Source: Candidatus Dormibacteria bacterium (GTDB lineage: Bacteria; Chloroflexota; Dormibacteria; Aeolococcales; Aeolococcaceae). From it: a stretch of 64,000 nt of DNA. The notes beneath the pieces are model-generated. The model did no database searches. It worked only from the letters and a program-made list of their open reading frames with translations, and was not told the DNA's origin. The stretch covers positions 17,807 to 81,806 of the forward strand of contig JBEKIT010000009.1 of the NCBI GenBank assembly GCA_050011555.1, written 5' to 3'. Both the position numbers and the translations under genes were made by a program. Position 1 is the first letter of the stretch; each line of letters starts with the position of its first letter. Below are positions 18,035 through 28,105 of the stretch, in pieces.

Positions 18035-18982
18035 TCATGGCGCCGTCTCGCGGAGCGAGCGCCCGGTCTGGCGGAAGAAGACGTCGTCAAGGCTCGGACG
18101 GTGGAGCGAGAGCGCCGACAGGGTCACCCCCGCGCCGTCGAGGAGCCGGATGATCTGGGGCATCGCAGTCTCGCCCCGGTCGACGTAGAGGCGCAGGGCG
18201 CCATCCTCCTCGGTCAGCTCACGAATGAAGTCCTGGCCCTTGAGGACGTCGCGGGCCCGCTCGGGCGGCCCCTCCGGCCCCACCAGGACCACGTCGCCGG
18301 CGATCTCCCGCTTCAGCTCCTCGGGCGTGCCCTCGGCGACGATCCTCCCGTGGTCGATGATGGCGATCCGGTCGCAGAGCGCGTCGGCCTCCTCCAGGTA
18401 GTGGGTGGTGAGGAAGACGGTGGTGCCGGATTCGCGCAGGCGGCGGACCTCGTCCCACATCCGAGCCCGGCTCTGGGGGTCGAGCCCGGTGGTGGGCTCG
18501 TCCAGGAAGAGGAGCTGGGGGAGGTGCATCAGCCCGATCCCGACGTCGAGGCGGCGCTTCTGGCCGCCGGAGTACGTCTTGGTCTTGCGGTCACCGCAGT
18601 CGGTGAGCTCGAGGGTCTCGAGCAGCTCCGCCGCCCGCTTGTCGGCGGCCGGCCCGCTCATCCCGTAGAGGCGTCCCTGGATGACCAGCTCGCGGCGCCC
18701 GCTGACCTCCGAGTAGCTGCTCCCCTCCTGGCTGACGTAACCGATCCGCTGGCGCACCTTGGCCGGCTCCCGGCGCAGGTCGCATCCGGCCACGGTCGCC
18801 TCGCCGCTGGTCACCGGGAGGAGCGTGGAGAGCATCCGGAGCGTGGTCGTCTTGCCGGCCCCGTTGGGGCCGAGGAAGCCGAAGGTCTGGCCGCCGGTCA
18901 CGTCGAGGTCGACGCCGGCCACGGCCTCGACCGTCGACCGCCGACCCTTGAAGGTGCGGCGCAGCTGTCTGGTGTGGATCAT
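18035..18982 (-). CDS. ABC exporter ATP-binding protein (DrrA-like)
   Basis: GPNGAGKTT, YSGGQKRR, LFLDEPTTGLDP, TTHYLEEAD, PSLDDVF. Confidence 0.94.
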   Translation of the reverse strand: MIHTRQLRRTFKGRRSTVEAVAGVDLDVTGGQTFGFLGPNGAGKTTTLRMLSTLLPVTSGEATVAGCDLRREPAKVRQRIGYVSQEGSSYSEVSGRRELVIQGRLYGMSGPAADKRAAELLETLELTDCGDRKTKTYSGGQKRRLDVGIGLMHLPQLLFLDEPTTGLDPQSRARMWDEVRRLRESGTTVFLTTHYLEEADALCDRIAIIDHGRIVAEGTPEELKREIAGDVVLVGPEGPPERARDVLKGQDFIRELTEEDGALRLYVDRGETAMPQIIRLLDGAGVTLSALSLHRPSLDDVFFRQTGRSLRETAP

Positions 18983-19010
18983 CGGCGGGGATCTCCTCTC
19001 GTCGGCTCGG

Positions 19011-19676
19011 TCAGACTGGTTCGGAGACCGGCCCGTGGTGGCGTCCTCGCCGGGCGGCCTCGTGATCATGCATGGCTGCGAAGTGGGCGCGGAGGATCTC
19101 CTCGTCCCAGACCAGCCGGCCTGAGCGCATGTCCTCCAGCAGCGCGAGGACCCAGCGCAGCTCGGCTTCGCGGAGGGCTCGCTCGTGCTCGTCCTCGAGC
19201 AGGACGATGCGGGGGAGGTGCATCTCCTGGTCCAGGGCCGACGACGCCTCGTCGCGCGCCGCCAGCTCGGCCCGGAGTTCCACCACCCGGTGCTGGAGCG
19301 CATCCGCGGCCCGATCCTGGGGCAGGTAGGCGAGCATGCCGACGGCGGCGGTGAAGGCGAGGTGCTCTGGGGCCGGCCGCTCCAGGACGTCCTGGAGCCA
19401 GTCCTCGAGCGCCTCGTGCCCCTCGGGGGTGATCCGGTAGACGGTGCGCTCCGGCCGCCGCCCTTCGCGAGTGGTCTCGACCGGCTCGATCCAGCCGGCC
19501 GCCTCGAGCTCCTCGATGGCCCGGTAGAGGGCCCGCGTCCTGCCCTCGGCGTACTCCTTGCGTCGGTCGTGCATCAGCCGCTGCATCTCGTACGGGTGCA
19601 GGGGTCGCTCGGTGAGCAGGGCGAGCGCGGTCAGGGCGATCATCCCCTGGGCCGGCCTGGCTATGCGCATCGACAT
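19011..19676 (-). CDS. PadR-family transcriptional regulator
   Basis: LALLTERPLHPYEM..LYRAIEELEAAGWI..RPERTVYRITPEG; start uncertain (19685/19676/19670). Confidence 0.9.
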   Translation of the reverse strand: MSMRIARPAQGMIALTALALLTERPLHPYEMQRLMHDRRKEYAEGRTRALYRAIEELEAAGWIEPVETTREGRRPERTVYRITPEGHEALEDWLQDVLERPAPEHLAFTAAVGMLAYLPQDRAADALQHRVVELRAELAARDEASSALDQEMHLPRIVLLEDEHERALREAELRWVLALLEDMRSGRLVWDEEILRAHFAAMHDHEAARRGRHHGPVSEPV

Positions 19677-19716
19677 ATTGCGCATCGCACTATAGCACAG
19701 CGCCGAAAGCGGTCAA
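19661..19716 (-). promoter_or_regulatory. Sigma70-type promoter of padR-ABC operon with overlapping repeat operator
   Basis: Minus strand TTGACC-16 nt-TATAGT with TG extension; TGCGCATCG repeated twice just downstream. Confidence 0.55.
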
Positions 19717-19760
19717 GGGGCGAGGGGGACCTCGCCGCGCGACCGCTAGACTTCCGTCCG

Positions 19761-21119
19761 ATGGACCTCGACTCGGCCAGCCTGCAGGCCGTCGAGATGG
19801 TGCGGCGCTGGGAGGCGGGCTGGTCGCCGGTCGTCGCCCACCCCTCCGTGGACGTGAGCGCGGAGCGGGCGGCCCGGGTGCTCGACGAGCTCGCCCGGCG
19901 GCTGGGCGACAACTACCCCTTCTTCCACCCCAGCTACGCCGGCCAGATGCTCAAGCCGCCCCACCCGGCGGCCGCGGCCGCCTACCTGATGGCGATGCTC
20001 ATCAATCCCAACAACCACGCGCTCGACGGGGGACCGGCGACGGCGGCGCTGGAGCGCGAGGCGGTGGCGGCCATCGCGGCGATGTTCCACTACCCCGAGG
20101 CCTTCCTGGGCCACCTGACCTCCAGCGGCACGATCGCCAACCTGGAGGCCCTCTTCGTGGCCCGCGAGCTCCGGCCCGGCGCGGCCATCGCCTTCAGCGA
20201 GGAGAGCCACTACACCCACGAGCGGATGTGCCGGCTGCTGGGCGGCCGGGGGATCCGGGTGCCCGCCGACGACCGGGGACGGATGGACCTGGAGGCGCTC
20301 GAGAAGGTGCTGCGGGCCGAGACCGTCGGCACCGTTGTGCTGACCGCCGGGACCACCGCTCTGGGCGCCGTCGATCCCGTCGACGAGGCGCTCGCGCTCC
20401 GGGAGCGGTACGGGGTGCGGCTGCACGTCGACGCCGCGTACGGCGGCTTCCATGCCATCCTCGCCTGGTCGGGGTCCGCCGGCATCCCCGCCGGTCCGTA
20501 TCGCGCCATCGCGGAGTGCGACTCGGTGGTGGTCGACCCTCACAAGCACGGGCTCCAGCCGTACGGCTGCGGCTGCGTGCTCTTCCGCGACCCGTCGGTC
20601 GGCCGCTTCTACGTCCACGACTCCCCCTACACCTACTTCACCTCCTCCGAGCTTCACCTCGGCGAGATCAGCCTGGAGTGCTCGCGCGCGGGGGCCGCGG
20701 CGGCGGCGTTCTGGACCACCCTGCAGCTCCTCCCCCTCACCGACTCCGGGCTGGGCGCGGTCCTGCGGGCATGCCGTCGGGCGGCCGAGCACCTCGCCCG
20801 GCTGCTCCGGGAGCAGAACGGCCTGCGCCTGTACCAGGAGCCGGAGCTGGACATCGTGGCGTACCTCCCGTGGCGCGAGGGGATGACCGCCGCTGGCGTG
20901 GACACCGCCAGCCAGAGCCTCTTCGAGCGGGCGATGGCCGCGCCCGAGCCCGTCTACCTCAGCGTCGCCCGGGTGACCGCGGAGAGCCTCCACCGCCGCC
21001 ACCCCGACATCGCCACCGGGGAGGGGACGGTGCGGGTGCTGCGCAGCGTGCTCATGAAGCCCGAGCACGAGGACCACGTCGAGGAGATCCACCAGCGCCT
21101 GGTCCGCCTCGCCGGCTGA
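19761..21119 (+). CDS. Group II PLP-dependent decarboxylase
   Basis: TSSGTIAN, TAGTTALGAVD, LHVDAAYGG, DPHK (PLP lysine); substrate unknown. Confidence 0.88.
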   Translation: MDLDSASLQAVEMVRRWEAGWSPVVAHPSVDVSAERAARVLDELARRLGDNYPFFHPSYAGQMLKPPHPAAAAAYLMAMLINPNNHALDGGPATAALEREAVAAIAAMFHYPEAFLGHLTSSGTIANLEALFVARELRPGAAIAFSEESHYTHERMCRLLGGRGIRVPADDRGRMDLEALEKVLRAETVGTVVLTAGTTALGAVDPVDEALALRERYGVRLHVDAAYGGFHAILAWSGSAGIPAGPYRAIAECDSVVVDPHKHGLQPYGCGCVLFRDPSVGRFYVHDSPYTYFTSSELHLGEISLECSRAGAAAAAFWTTLQLLPLTDSGLGAVLRACRRAAEHLARLLREQNGLRLYQEPELDIVAYLPWREGMTAAGVDTASQSLFERAMAAPEPVYLSVARVTAESLHRRHPDIATGEGTVRVLRSVLMKPEHEDHVEEIHQRLVRLAG

Positions 21120-21170
21120 TCCCGACGCGGCTGGTGAGCCGCAGCCGGGTGCGGAACGTCCCCGCCGGCC

Positions 21171-21614
21171 TCACCCGACCGGGGTCTGCCCGCCCAGCAC
21201 GGGCGCGGCGGCGAAGCTGGCCGTGACCGTGAACGTCCCCCCGACGCAGGGGATGGGGATCGCGACCGCCGCCTGGATGGTGACGGTGGCGACCACCTCG
21301 TCGGTCCCCTCGGGGTTGACGCAGGTCGTCGACCCCGCCACCCGGCTGAAGGCATCGCCGGCGCTGCTGCAGGTGGAGGCGAAGGAGGCGAGGAGCGCCG
21401 GCGTGCCGCTCTCGGCGGAGACGTAGTCGACCTGACCGGCGCCCGCCATGGCCGCCTGCTCGGCGGCGTCCTGGAGCCGGACCCGGGCCTCGTACAGCTC
21501 GGAGAGGTCGACCGCCACCACGATCATCCCGACGATGAGGAAGAGCATGGAGAAGGCGAACATCACCAGGATCTGTCCCCGCTCCCGGTCCCGCCGGCGG
21601 TGAGGGGTCAGCAC
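21171..21614 (-). CDS. TadG/Tad_N-type pilus assembly protein
   Basis: RERGQILVMF + TM, VD....RLQDAAEQAAMAGA motif. Confidence 0.8.
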   Translation of the reverse strand: MLTPHRRRDRERGQILVMFAFSMLFLIVGMIVVAVDLSELYEARVRLQDAAEQAAMAGAGQVDYVSAESGTPALLASFASTCSSAGDAFSRVAGSTTCVNPEGTDEVVATVTIQAAVAIPIPCVGGTFTVTASFAAAPVLGGQTPVG

Positions 21615-22128
21615 GGGATGGCTCCCGCTGTGGCGGTGGCCCCGGGGAGGGGAGGCACTGGCGGTACGCGGGCGGATACGCCTGGGCGGTGACGCTGAGG
21701 TGGACGGTCCAGAACCAGAGCAGGCTGACCGGGGTGCGGGCGAAGTCGAGGTCGGCCTGGGCGGTGCAGGTGACCGCGTCCGGCCCGCTGGTGGGCACGT
21801 ATCCCTGCAGGTACGCCCCCTGGCAGTCGATCGGGGTGGTGACCACCAGGGAGCCGCTCTCGCCCCCGCTCGGGTCGAGGGTGTGGGAGAAGGCGTAGAG
21901 GTAGTCCGCCCGGCTGTCGACGGGATCGCCGCGCGGCGGGACCAGCGAGGCCTGGGCGGCGAGGTCGACGGCGGTCTGGAACTCGTTCTCGGCCCGCAGC
22001 TCCAGCATCATGCCGACGAAGCCGACGACGATCACGATCATGATCGGCAGGACCAGGGCCATCTCGATCGCGGCCTGGGCGTCCTGGCCGTGGGCACGGC
22101 CAGCCCCGACCCGGCTCCTCACCCTCAT
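21608..22128 (-). CDS. TadE-family minor pilin with apparent 1-nt frameshift near C-terminus
   Basis: AQAAIEMALVLPIM prepilin motif; ATGA overlap with upstream gene; adding one base at about 21640 gives a stop at 21608 coupled to the next gene. Confidence 0.72.
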
Positions 22129-22733
22129 GGCGAGTACGTCCCGGCGTTGACCGACGCCGACTCCGAGATCGGGAGGCCCCAGCCGCGCCAGTCGAAGGGC
22201 CCGAGGCCGGGGGGGACGAACGAGACGGCGAACCCGGTGACCGTGACGATGACGTGTCCGGCGCCGTCGTCGACCGCGCAGACGACCACATGCCCCACAC
22301 CCTCGAAGCCGGAGCCCCGGCTCTGGAAGTAGTCGGCCACCTCGTCGGCGCTGGGGCAGCGGGTCGGGCCGACCTCGGTGCGCAGCCCGTCGAGGTCGGC
22401 CGCGTACCAATCCTCGACGCTCGTGCCCAGGAGAGGTGCCCGGAGCAGCGGCAGGACGCTGGAGTAGACGTCCGTGAGCGCGGGGGTGAGGCTGACCGCC
22501 GACCCCATGGCCGACATGGCGACCCCGATGCCCTCCTCCACCGAGGCGTCGACGGCGTCGGACTCGATGGTCCAGATCCAGACGTCGATGATCGCCAGCA
22601 GCGCCATCAGGAAGAGGACGAAGACGAGGGAGAACTCCACGGTCGCCTGGCCCCGGCGCCGCGGCCACCCATCCCCGGGCCGGCGAGCCCGCGCGCGCCC
22701 GGGCTCGTGCGGGCTGCGCGCGCCGGCATTCAC
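22125..22733 (-). CDS. TadE-family minor pilin
   Basis: RRRGQATVEFSLVFVLFL prepilin motif, Cys pair; TATACT -10 upstream at 22771-22776 (minus). Confidence 0.8.
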   Translation of the reverse strand: MNAGARSPHEPGRARARRPGDGWPRRRGQATVEFSLVFVLFLMALLAIIDVWIWTIESDAVDASVEEGIGVAMSAMGSAVSLTPALTDVYSSVLPLLRAPLLGTSVEDWYAADLDGLRTEVGPTRCPSADEVADYFQSRGSGFEGVGHVVVCAVDDGAGHVIVTVTGFAVSFVPPGLGPFDWRGWGLPISESASVNAGTYSP

Positions 22734-22880
22734 GGTGGTCCCTTCCCCAGACGCAGATGATGCGATCGGCAGTATAGGGAGACGAGGTGCAGCCTCGTGA
22801 CCCCGCCCGGAGGCTACCGGCCGTCCCGGGACGGCACGCGGACAAAGACCAAGCCGCCGGGGATCCGCGCCGGCGCGTCC

Positions 22881-23597
22881 TCAGCCCTCAGGGGGCAGGT
22901 GGTACTCGAGGAAGGCCCGGGTCTGCTCCCAGGCCCGGGCCGCCGCCTGAGGCCGAGAGAACATGGCGGCGTCGTGGTTGTCGAAGGCGTGGCCGGAGGC
23001 CGGGTGGACGTGGATCTCCACCCCGCGGCGGCCGGCGAAGGCGTGGGCCACGGCCCGCCGCTGATCGGCGCTGATGTACGTGTCGTCCTCACCGAAGTGG
23101 AAGAGGATCGGGCAGGTCACCTCCGCGGCCCGGTCGATGGCGCCCGGGATGGCCGACCCGTAGTAGCAGACCGCGATCGCCGGATCGGACGCCGCCGCCG
23201 CCATGTAGGCGAGGCCGCCCCCGAGGCAGAATCCGATCACCCCCACGCGGTGGCCCCCGACCTCGGGGAGCGTGCGCAGGTGCTCGAGTGCGGCGGTTGC
23301 GTCATCGGCCGCCTGGGGGAAGTCCAGCCGCTGCATCGCCTGGAAGGCCTTGGGCAGGCTGTCCGGGAGGCGTTCGTCCAGCACCAGGTCGGGCTCCAGC
23401 CGCGAGTACAGCTCGGGAGCCAGGGCCACGTAGCCGAGACCGGCGAGGCGGTCGCAGACCCCCTTGATGTACCCGCTGAGCCCGAAGATCTCCTGGAGCA
23501 CCACCAGCCCCGGGCCCCAGCCGCGGTCGGGGACCGCGAGCCAGCCACCCATCGAGTGGCCGTCGTGAGCTCGGATCCGCTCCTCCCGCCTCTCCAT
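22881..23597 (-). CDS. Dienelactone hydrolase family protein
   Basis: LQEIFG, GFCLGG nucleophile, YYG, HFGEDD, GHAF. Confidence 0.93.
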   Translation of the reverse strand: MERREERIRAHDGHSMGGWLAVPDRGWGPGLVVLQEIFGLSGYIKGVCDRLAGLGYVALAPELYSRLEPDLVLDERLPDSLPKAFQAMQRLDFPQAADDATAALEHLRTLPEVGGHRVGVIGFCLGGGLAYMAAAASDPAIAVCYYGSAIPGAIDRAAEVTCPILFHFGEDDTYISADQRRAVAHAFAGRRGVEIHVHPASGHAFDNHDAAMFSRPQAAARAWEQTRAFLEYHLPPEG

Positions 23598-23616
23598 GAC
23601 CCGGAAGGTTACTCAC

Positions 23617-26490
23617 TCAGCCCGTGTTCTGGAGTCCCGCCGCGATCCCGTTGACGCTGCGCAGGATCGCCTCCAGGAGAGCCGGCCGCTGAGGGTCCGC
23701 GCCGTCCAGGGCCCGGTACTGGGCCAGCATCTGAGCCTGGAGGACCGAGAGCGGGTCGATGTACGGGTCGCGCAGCCGGAGCGTCTCCTGGAGCAGCGGC
23801 TGGTCGGCCAGCAGGGTCTGCTTGCCGGTGACGTGGACCATCGCCTGCAGTGTCCGAGCGTGCTCGGTGGTCACCTCCGCCCACATCCGAGCCCTCAGAT
23901 CGGGCTCGGAGACCAGCTCGAAGTAGCGGCTGGCCACCCCGAGGTCGGTCTTGGCCAGGGTCATCTCCAGGTTGCCGATCAGGGCCCGGAAGAACGGCCA
24001 GCGCAGGTACATCTCGTGGAGCAGCTCCCAGCGGGCCGCGCCCGCCCGGGGCAGGGCGGCCTCGGTCTGGCTGGGAGGCGGGGCGTTGCAGTCATCATCG
24101 GCGGCAACGCGCCGGCCCTCGGCGAAGGCGACCAGCGAGCCGCCCACCCCGTACCAGGTGGGCAGCATCAGACGGGTCTGGTTCCACGCGAACACCCAGG
24201 GAATGGCGCGCAGGTCGGCGATCCGCGTCGACCGGCCGCGGCTCACCGGGCGGGAGCCGATGTTGAGCTGCCCCAGCTCTCCGATCGGGGTCACCTCGGT
24301 GAAGAAGCGCTCGAATTCATCCGTGTAGACGAACGACCGATACCGCCGGTAGCTGTCGGCGGCGACCCGGGCCATCGCCGTCTCCCAGACTGCCTCGTGC
24401 TGGGGGGGCAGCGGTCCCTGCAGCGAGCTGGCCTCCCACACCGCCGCCGCCACCAGCTCGAGGTGGTTCTGGGCCACCTCGGTGCGTGAGTAGCGGTAGT
24501 GGACGATCTCCCCCTGCTCGGTGAGCCGGACCCGGCCGCGCACCGCTCCGGGGGGCTGGGCGAGGAGCGCCTCGTGGGTCGGGCCCCCGCCGCGGGACAC
24601 CGTCCCACCTCGGCCGTGGAAGAGGCGGAGGCGGACGCCGGCGTCGTCGCAGACCCGGGCCAGCTCGCGGTGGGCCACATAGAGCGACCATTGGGCCGCC
24701 AGGTAGCCCCCGTCCTTGCTGCTGTCGCTGTAGCCGAGCATTACCTCCTGGAGGTTGTCGCGGGCCCGCACCTGCTGGGCGTACTCGGGCTGGTCGAGGA
24801 GGCGACGCAGCAACGCCGGGCCGGCGCGCAGGCCGGCGATCGTCTCCATCAACGGGACCAGGTCGAGGCGGCTGCTGTGGACCTCCCCGAACGACCAGGA
24901 GATCAGCCCGACCAGGGATGCCAGCCACATCGCGGCCATCACCTCGACCGGGGAGTGGGTCATCGAGATCACCACGCTCTCGGTGGCCCGGGGCGAGATC
25001 GCCCGCTGGGCGCGTCCCATCTCCACCAGCGTCTCCACCAGGTCGCGGTCGTCGGGAGTGAGCGTGAGGGCGCCGATGTGGGGCCCGCGCTGCTGCATCG
25101 CGCGCGCCAGCAGGCTCACCGCCCCCTCCTCGTCGAGGGAGTCCAGGTTGCCCTCCACCTGTCCCGACTGGCGCAGGATCGCCGAGGCCACCTCGCGCAG
25201 CCGGGAGCTGTGGAAGCGGACGTCGAGCGAGTAGCCGCAGAAGTCGAAGGTGCGGACCTGACGGCGCAGGTCGAGCAGCGCCCCGTCGGCGAACACGCGC
25301 CCTCGCTGGCGGCGCAGGGCGGCGTCCACCATGTCGAGGTCGTCGAGCAGCTCTCGCGCGGTGGAGTAGGGGCGCTCGGCCCGGCCTCCCTGGAGCTGGG
25401 CCAGGCTGGCCTCCAGGCGGTGGTGGACCAGGCTCAGCTTGCGCCGGTAGGGTTCGTCCCGGTTGCGCTCCCCCAGGTCGTGGGCCGCCTCGGGCATCCG
25501 CGCCTCGTCGTCGGCGATGGAGGCCGCCAGGGAGGGGTCGGCGCCGGTCCACCGGATGGATTGACTGTATTGGACAGAGAGGGCCAGAACCGAGTCGCGG
25601 TAGCGGCTCAGCACCAGCTGCTTCTGGGCTCGGAGCGCATCTCGGAGGGTCGTGGCCCGGGTGTGGGGGTTGCCGTCCTGATCGCCGCCAACCCAGGAGC
25701 CGAGGCGGAGGAAGGGGCCGACCGCGGGCGGTGGTCCACCGAACACCTCCGCCCAGCGTCGATCGAGCTCGGCATGGATGGCGGGGACGGCATTCATCAG
25801 CAGGTCCACGTGGAACCGGATGTCGCGCGCCTCGTCGAGGACGCTCGGGCGCACCGTGCGCAGCTCCTCGGTCTGCCAGAGCAGCTCGATGTGCCGGCGC
25901 ATCGCCGCGATCAGAGCGGCATGCCGCGGTGACCCGGTGGGGAGGCCGTCGATGGCATCGAGGGCCATGGCCACCCCGGTGACGTGGTCGAGGACTGAGC
26001 GCCGGACCGCCTCGGTGGGATGGGCGGTGAACACCGGTACCACGTCGAGCTCGGCGAGCGCGCTGAGCAGGCGCTCCCTCCCCCCCTCGATCTGAGCGGC
26101 GCGGCGGAAGAGGGAGTGGAAGGTCCCGGGCCACGCCGAGCCTCCGGCGGGGATCGCCTGGATCCCCCGGATCACCTGCACGCGGTGTTCCAGCTCGGCG
26201 ACGTTGACGAGCTGGAAGTAGAGCGAGAAGGCGCGGATCAGCCGGGTGGCCGTCTCGACGTCGATCTCGCCGAGCTGACGGTCCAGGGCCCGGCTGACCA
26301 CGTCGTCGTGACGATCGCGCAGCCGCTTGGTCTTGGCCCTTACGTCCTCCTCCAGCTCGAGGAGCGGCTCGCCCTCCTGCTCGGCCAGGGTCTCGCCGAG
26401 CAGGGTGCCGACCAGGCGGACGTTGCGGCGGAGGCGCCGATCCGCCTCACCCTCGGCGGCCGGGCGCGGCGGGTCGTTCTGCTCGAGCAC
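23617..26490 (-). CDS. ppc: Phosphoenolpyruvate carboxylase
   Basis: VFTAHPTE, SWVGGDQDGNP, QEVMLGYSDSSKDGG, FHGRGGTVSRGGGP, LRAIPWVF, C-terminal LQNTG. Confidence 0.97.
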   Translation of the reverse strand: MLEQNDPPRPAAEGEADRRLRRNVRLVGTLLGETLAEQEGEPLLELEEDVRAKTKRLRDRHDDVVSRALDRQLGEIDVETATRLIRAFSLYFQLVNVAELEHRVQVIRGIQAIPAGGSAWPGTFHSLFRRAAQIEGGRERLLSALAELDVVPVFTAHPTEAVRRSVLDHVTGVAMALDAIDGLPTGSPRHAALIAAMRRHIELLWQTEELRTVRPSVLDEARDIRFHVDLLMNAVPAIHAELDRRWAEVFGGPPPAVGPFLRLGSWVGGDQDGNPHTRATTLRDALRAQKQLVLSRYRDSVLALSVQYSQSIRWTGADPSLAASIADDEARMPEAAHDLGERNRDEPYRRKLSLVHHRLEASLAQLQGGRAERPYSTARELLDDLDMVDAALRRQRGRVFADGALLDLRRQVRTFDFCGYSLDVRFHSSRLREVASAILRQSGQVEGNLDSLDEEGAVSLLARAMQQRGPHIGALTLTPDDRDLVETLVEMGRAQRAISPRATESVVISMTHSPVEVMAAMWLASLVGLISWSFGEVHSSRLDLVPLMETIAGLRAGPALLRRLLDQPEYAQQVRARDNLQEVMLGYSDSSKDGGYLAAQWSLYVAHRELARVCDDAGVRLRLFHGRGGTVSRGGGPTHEALLAQPPGAVRGRVRLTEQGEIVHYRYSRTEVAQNHLELVAAAVWEASSLQGPLPPQHEAVWETAMARVAADSYRRYRSFVYTDEFERFFTEVTPIGELGQLNIGSRPVSRGRSTRIADLRAIPWVFAWNQTRLMLPTWYGVGGSLVAFAEGRRVAADDDCNAPPPSQTEAALPRAGAARWELLHEMYLRWPFFRALIGNLEMTLAKTDLGVASRYFELVSEPDLRARMWAEVTTEHARTLQAMVHVTGKQTLLADQPLLQETLRLRDPYIDPLSVLQAQMLAQYRALDGADPQRPALLEAILRSVNGIAAGLQNTG

Positions 26491-26793
26491 ACGTCAAGCA
26501 TGCCGCCTCACCCATGTCACGTGCCACGCGCGCGGCGCACTGCGCCGACCGCGGCCGGCGTGCGGCGCGCCAGGCGGTCTGCGGAGCCTGGCGCCCGCGG
26601 TGGTGGTGGGGACGAGCCGTGCCCGGCCCTGACCCGGGGTGGCGCGCGGCCGGTGGCTGCTATCGTCGTCCCGGTTCGGGCCGCTCCCGAGGGGCTCTCC
26701 ACGAGCTGGCGAGGCGCCGACAGTCCAGCCGACTCCCGCCGGCGCCGAGAGCCGGCGTTTCAAGGGTGCTTCCGGTCGAGGGGGGCTTCGCCA

Positions 26794-27939
26794 GTGGACA
26801 TCGCGACCCGACGGCTCCACAGCCAGCGCCTTGCCGGGGAACCTCTCGCCGGGGCCACCGATGTGGTCGGCTGGCTGGGCGCCGTGCAGTCCCAGGACTA
26901 CCCCGCGGCCACCTGGGCGCTGGGCCAGCGCACCCGCGCCGCCACCGCCGCCACGGTCAACCGGCTGTTCGACGACGGCGCCATCCTGCGCACCCACGTG
27001 CTGCGCCCGACCTGGCACTTCGTCCTCCCCGGCGACATCCGCTGGCTGCTGGCGCTGACGGCCCCGCGGATCCGCGCCGGCATCGCCGGCCGGCTGCGGG
27101 ACCTCGAGCTCGACGCGGCGATCATCACGCGGGCCGAGACCGCCTTCACGACGGTCCTCGCCGGGGGCGGCCAGCTCACTCGCTCCGAGCTCGGCGAGGT
27201 CCTGCGCGCAGCCGGCATCGCCCCCGACGGGCAACGGTTGCCCCACCTGATCATCGCCGCGGAGCTGGACGCCCTGATCGTCAGCGGTCCACGCCGCGGC
27301 CGCGAGTTCACCTACGCGCTGTTCGACGGGCGGGTCCCGAGGGCGCCCGTCCTGGATCGCGAGCAGGCGCTCTGCCGTCTCGCTCACCGGTACTTTCGGA
27401 GCCGGGGTCCGGCGCAGGTGCAGGACCTCGCCTGGTGGTCGGGCCTGACCCTCGCCGAGGCCGCCCAGGGGGCGGCCGGAGCGGCAGAGATCGGGGCCGA
27501 AGCGCCGGCGGCCGGGGCCGCGGCGCCGGCGGGGTTGGCCTCCGAGCTCATCGACGGGAAGCGGTACTGGTTCGACCCCAGCAGCCGGCCGCGCTCCGCC
27601 CGGAGCGCCGCCGCCCACCTGCTGCCGAACTTCGACGAGCTCACCGTCGGGTACCGCGACCGGGCGGCGCTCGATCACCCCGACGGCCGGTTCGATCCCA
27701 CCCTCTTCGCCTTCGGCAGCGTGCTCAGCAACGTCCTGGTCATCGGGGGGCGGGTCCGCGGCGCCTGGCACCGGGTCCTGAGCCGGCGGGGGGTGCGCGT
27801 CCAGGTGCGCATGCTCGACGCGCTGAGCCCCTCGGAGACGGCGGCGGTGAGCAGAGCCGCGGATCGGATGGGCGCGTTCCTGGAGCGGAGCGTCGATGTC
27901 GAATGGGTGGGGCCGCGCGAGGGCGGCGAGACCGGCTGA
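26794..27939 (+). CDS. AlkZ/YcaQ-family (HTH_42) DNA glycosylase
   Basis: AVQSQD (QxQ), RTHVLRPTWHFV, YFRSRGPA..DLAWWSGL, HLLPNFDE. Confidence 0.85.
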   Translation: MDIATRRLHSQRLAGEPLAGATDVVGWLGAVQSQDYPAATWALGQRTRAATAATVNRLFDDGAILRTHVLRPTWHFVLPGDIRWLLALTAPRIRAGIAGRLRDLELDAAIITRAETAFTTVLAGGGQLTRSELGEVLRAAGIAPDGQRLPHLIIAAELDALIVSGPRRGREFTYALFDGRVPRAPVLDREQALCRLAHRYFRSRGPAQVQDLAWWSGLTLAEAAQGAAGAAEIGAEAPAAGAAAPAGLASELIDGKRYWFDPSSRPRSARSAAAHLLPNFDELTVGYRDRAALDHPDGRFDPTLFAFGSVLSNVLVIGGRVRGAWHRVLSRRGVRVQVRMLDALSPSETAAVSRAADRMGAFLERSVDVEWVGPREGGETG

Positions 27940-28011
27940 GCTGCGCAACGGGATGTGTGCAATCGGGCGCGGGCATCATCCGTCAGGAGTTTCACCGAGG
28001 TGTCCTCGGCG

Positions 28012-28105
28012 CGGACCGTTGTCCGGCGGGACTGGCACTCCTCCCCCCGCTTGCGCGAGGGGGGAATGCGGATTTCACTATGACACACTTCGTGGGATTT
28101 GCCAA
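28012..28105 (-). ncRNA. Putative promoter + GNRA hairpin element, copy 1 (unknown family)
   Basis: TTGGCA-17 nt-CATAGT then stem GCAUUCC..CGC-GCAA-GCG..GGAGUGC followed by CAGUCCCGCCGG. Confidence 0.4.

Noticed and set aside
28032-28060. CIRCE (HrcA) operator
   Set aside because: Only the left arm CTGGCACTC is present; no GAGTGC arm at 9-nt spacing and no chaperone gene
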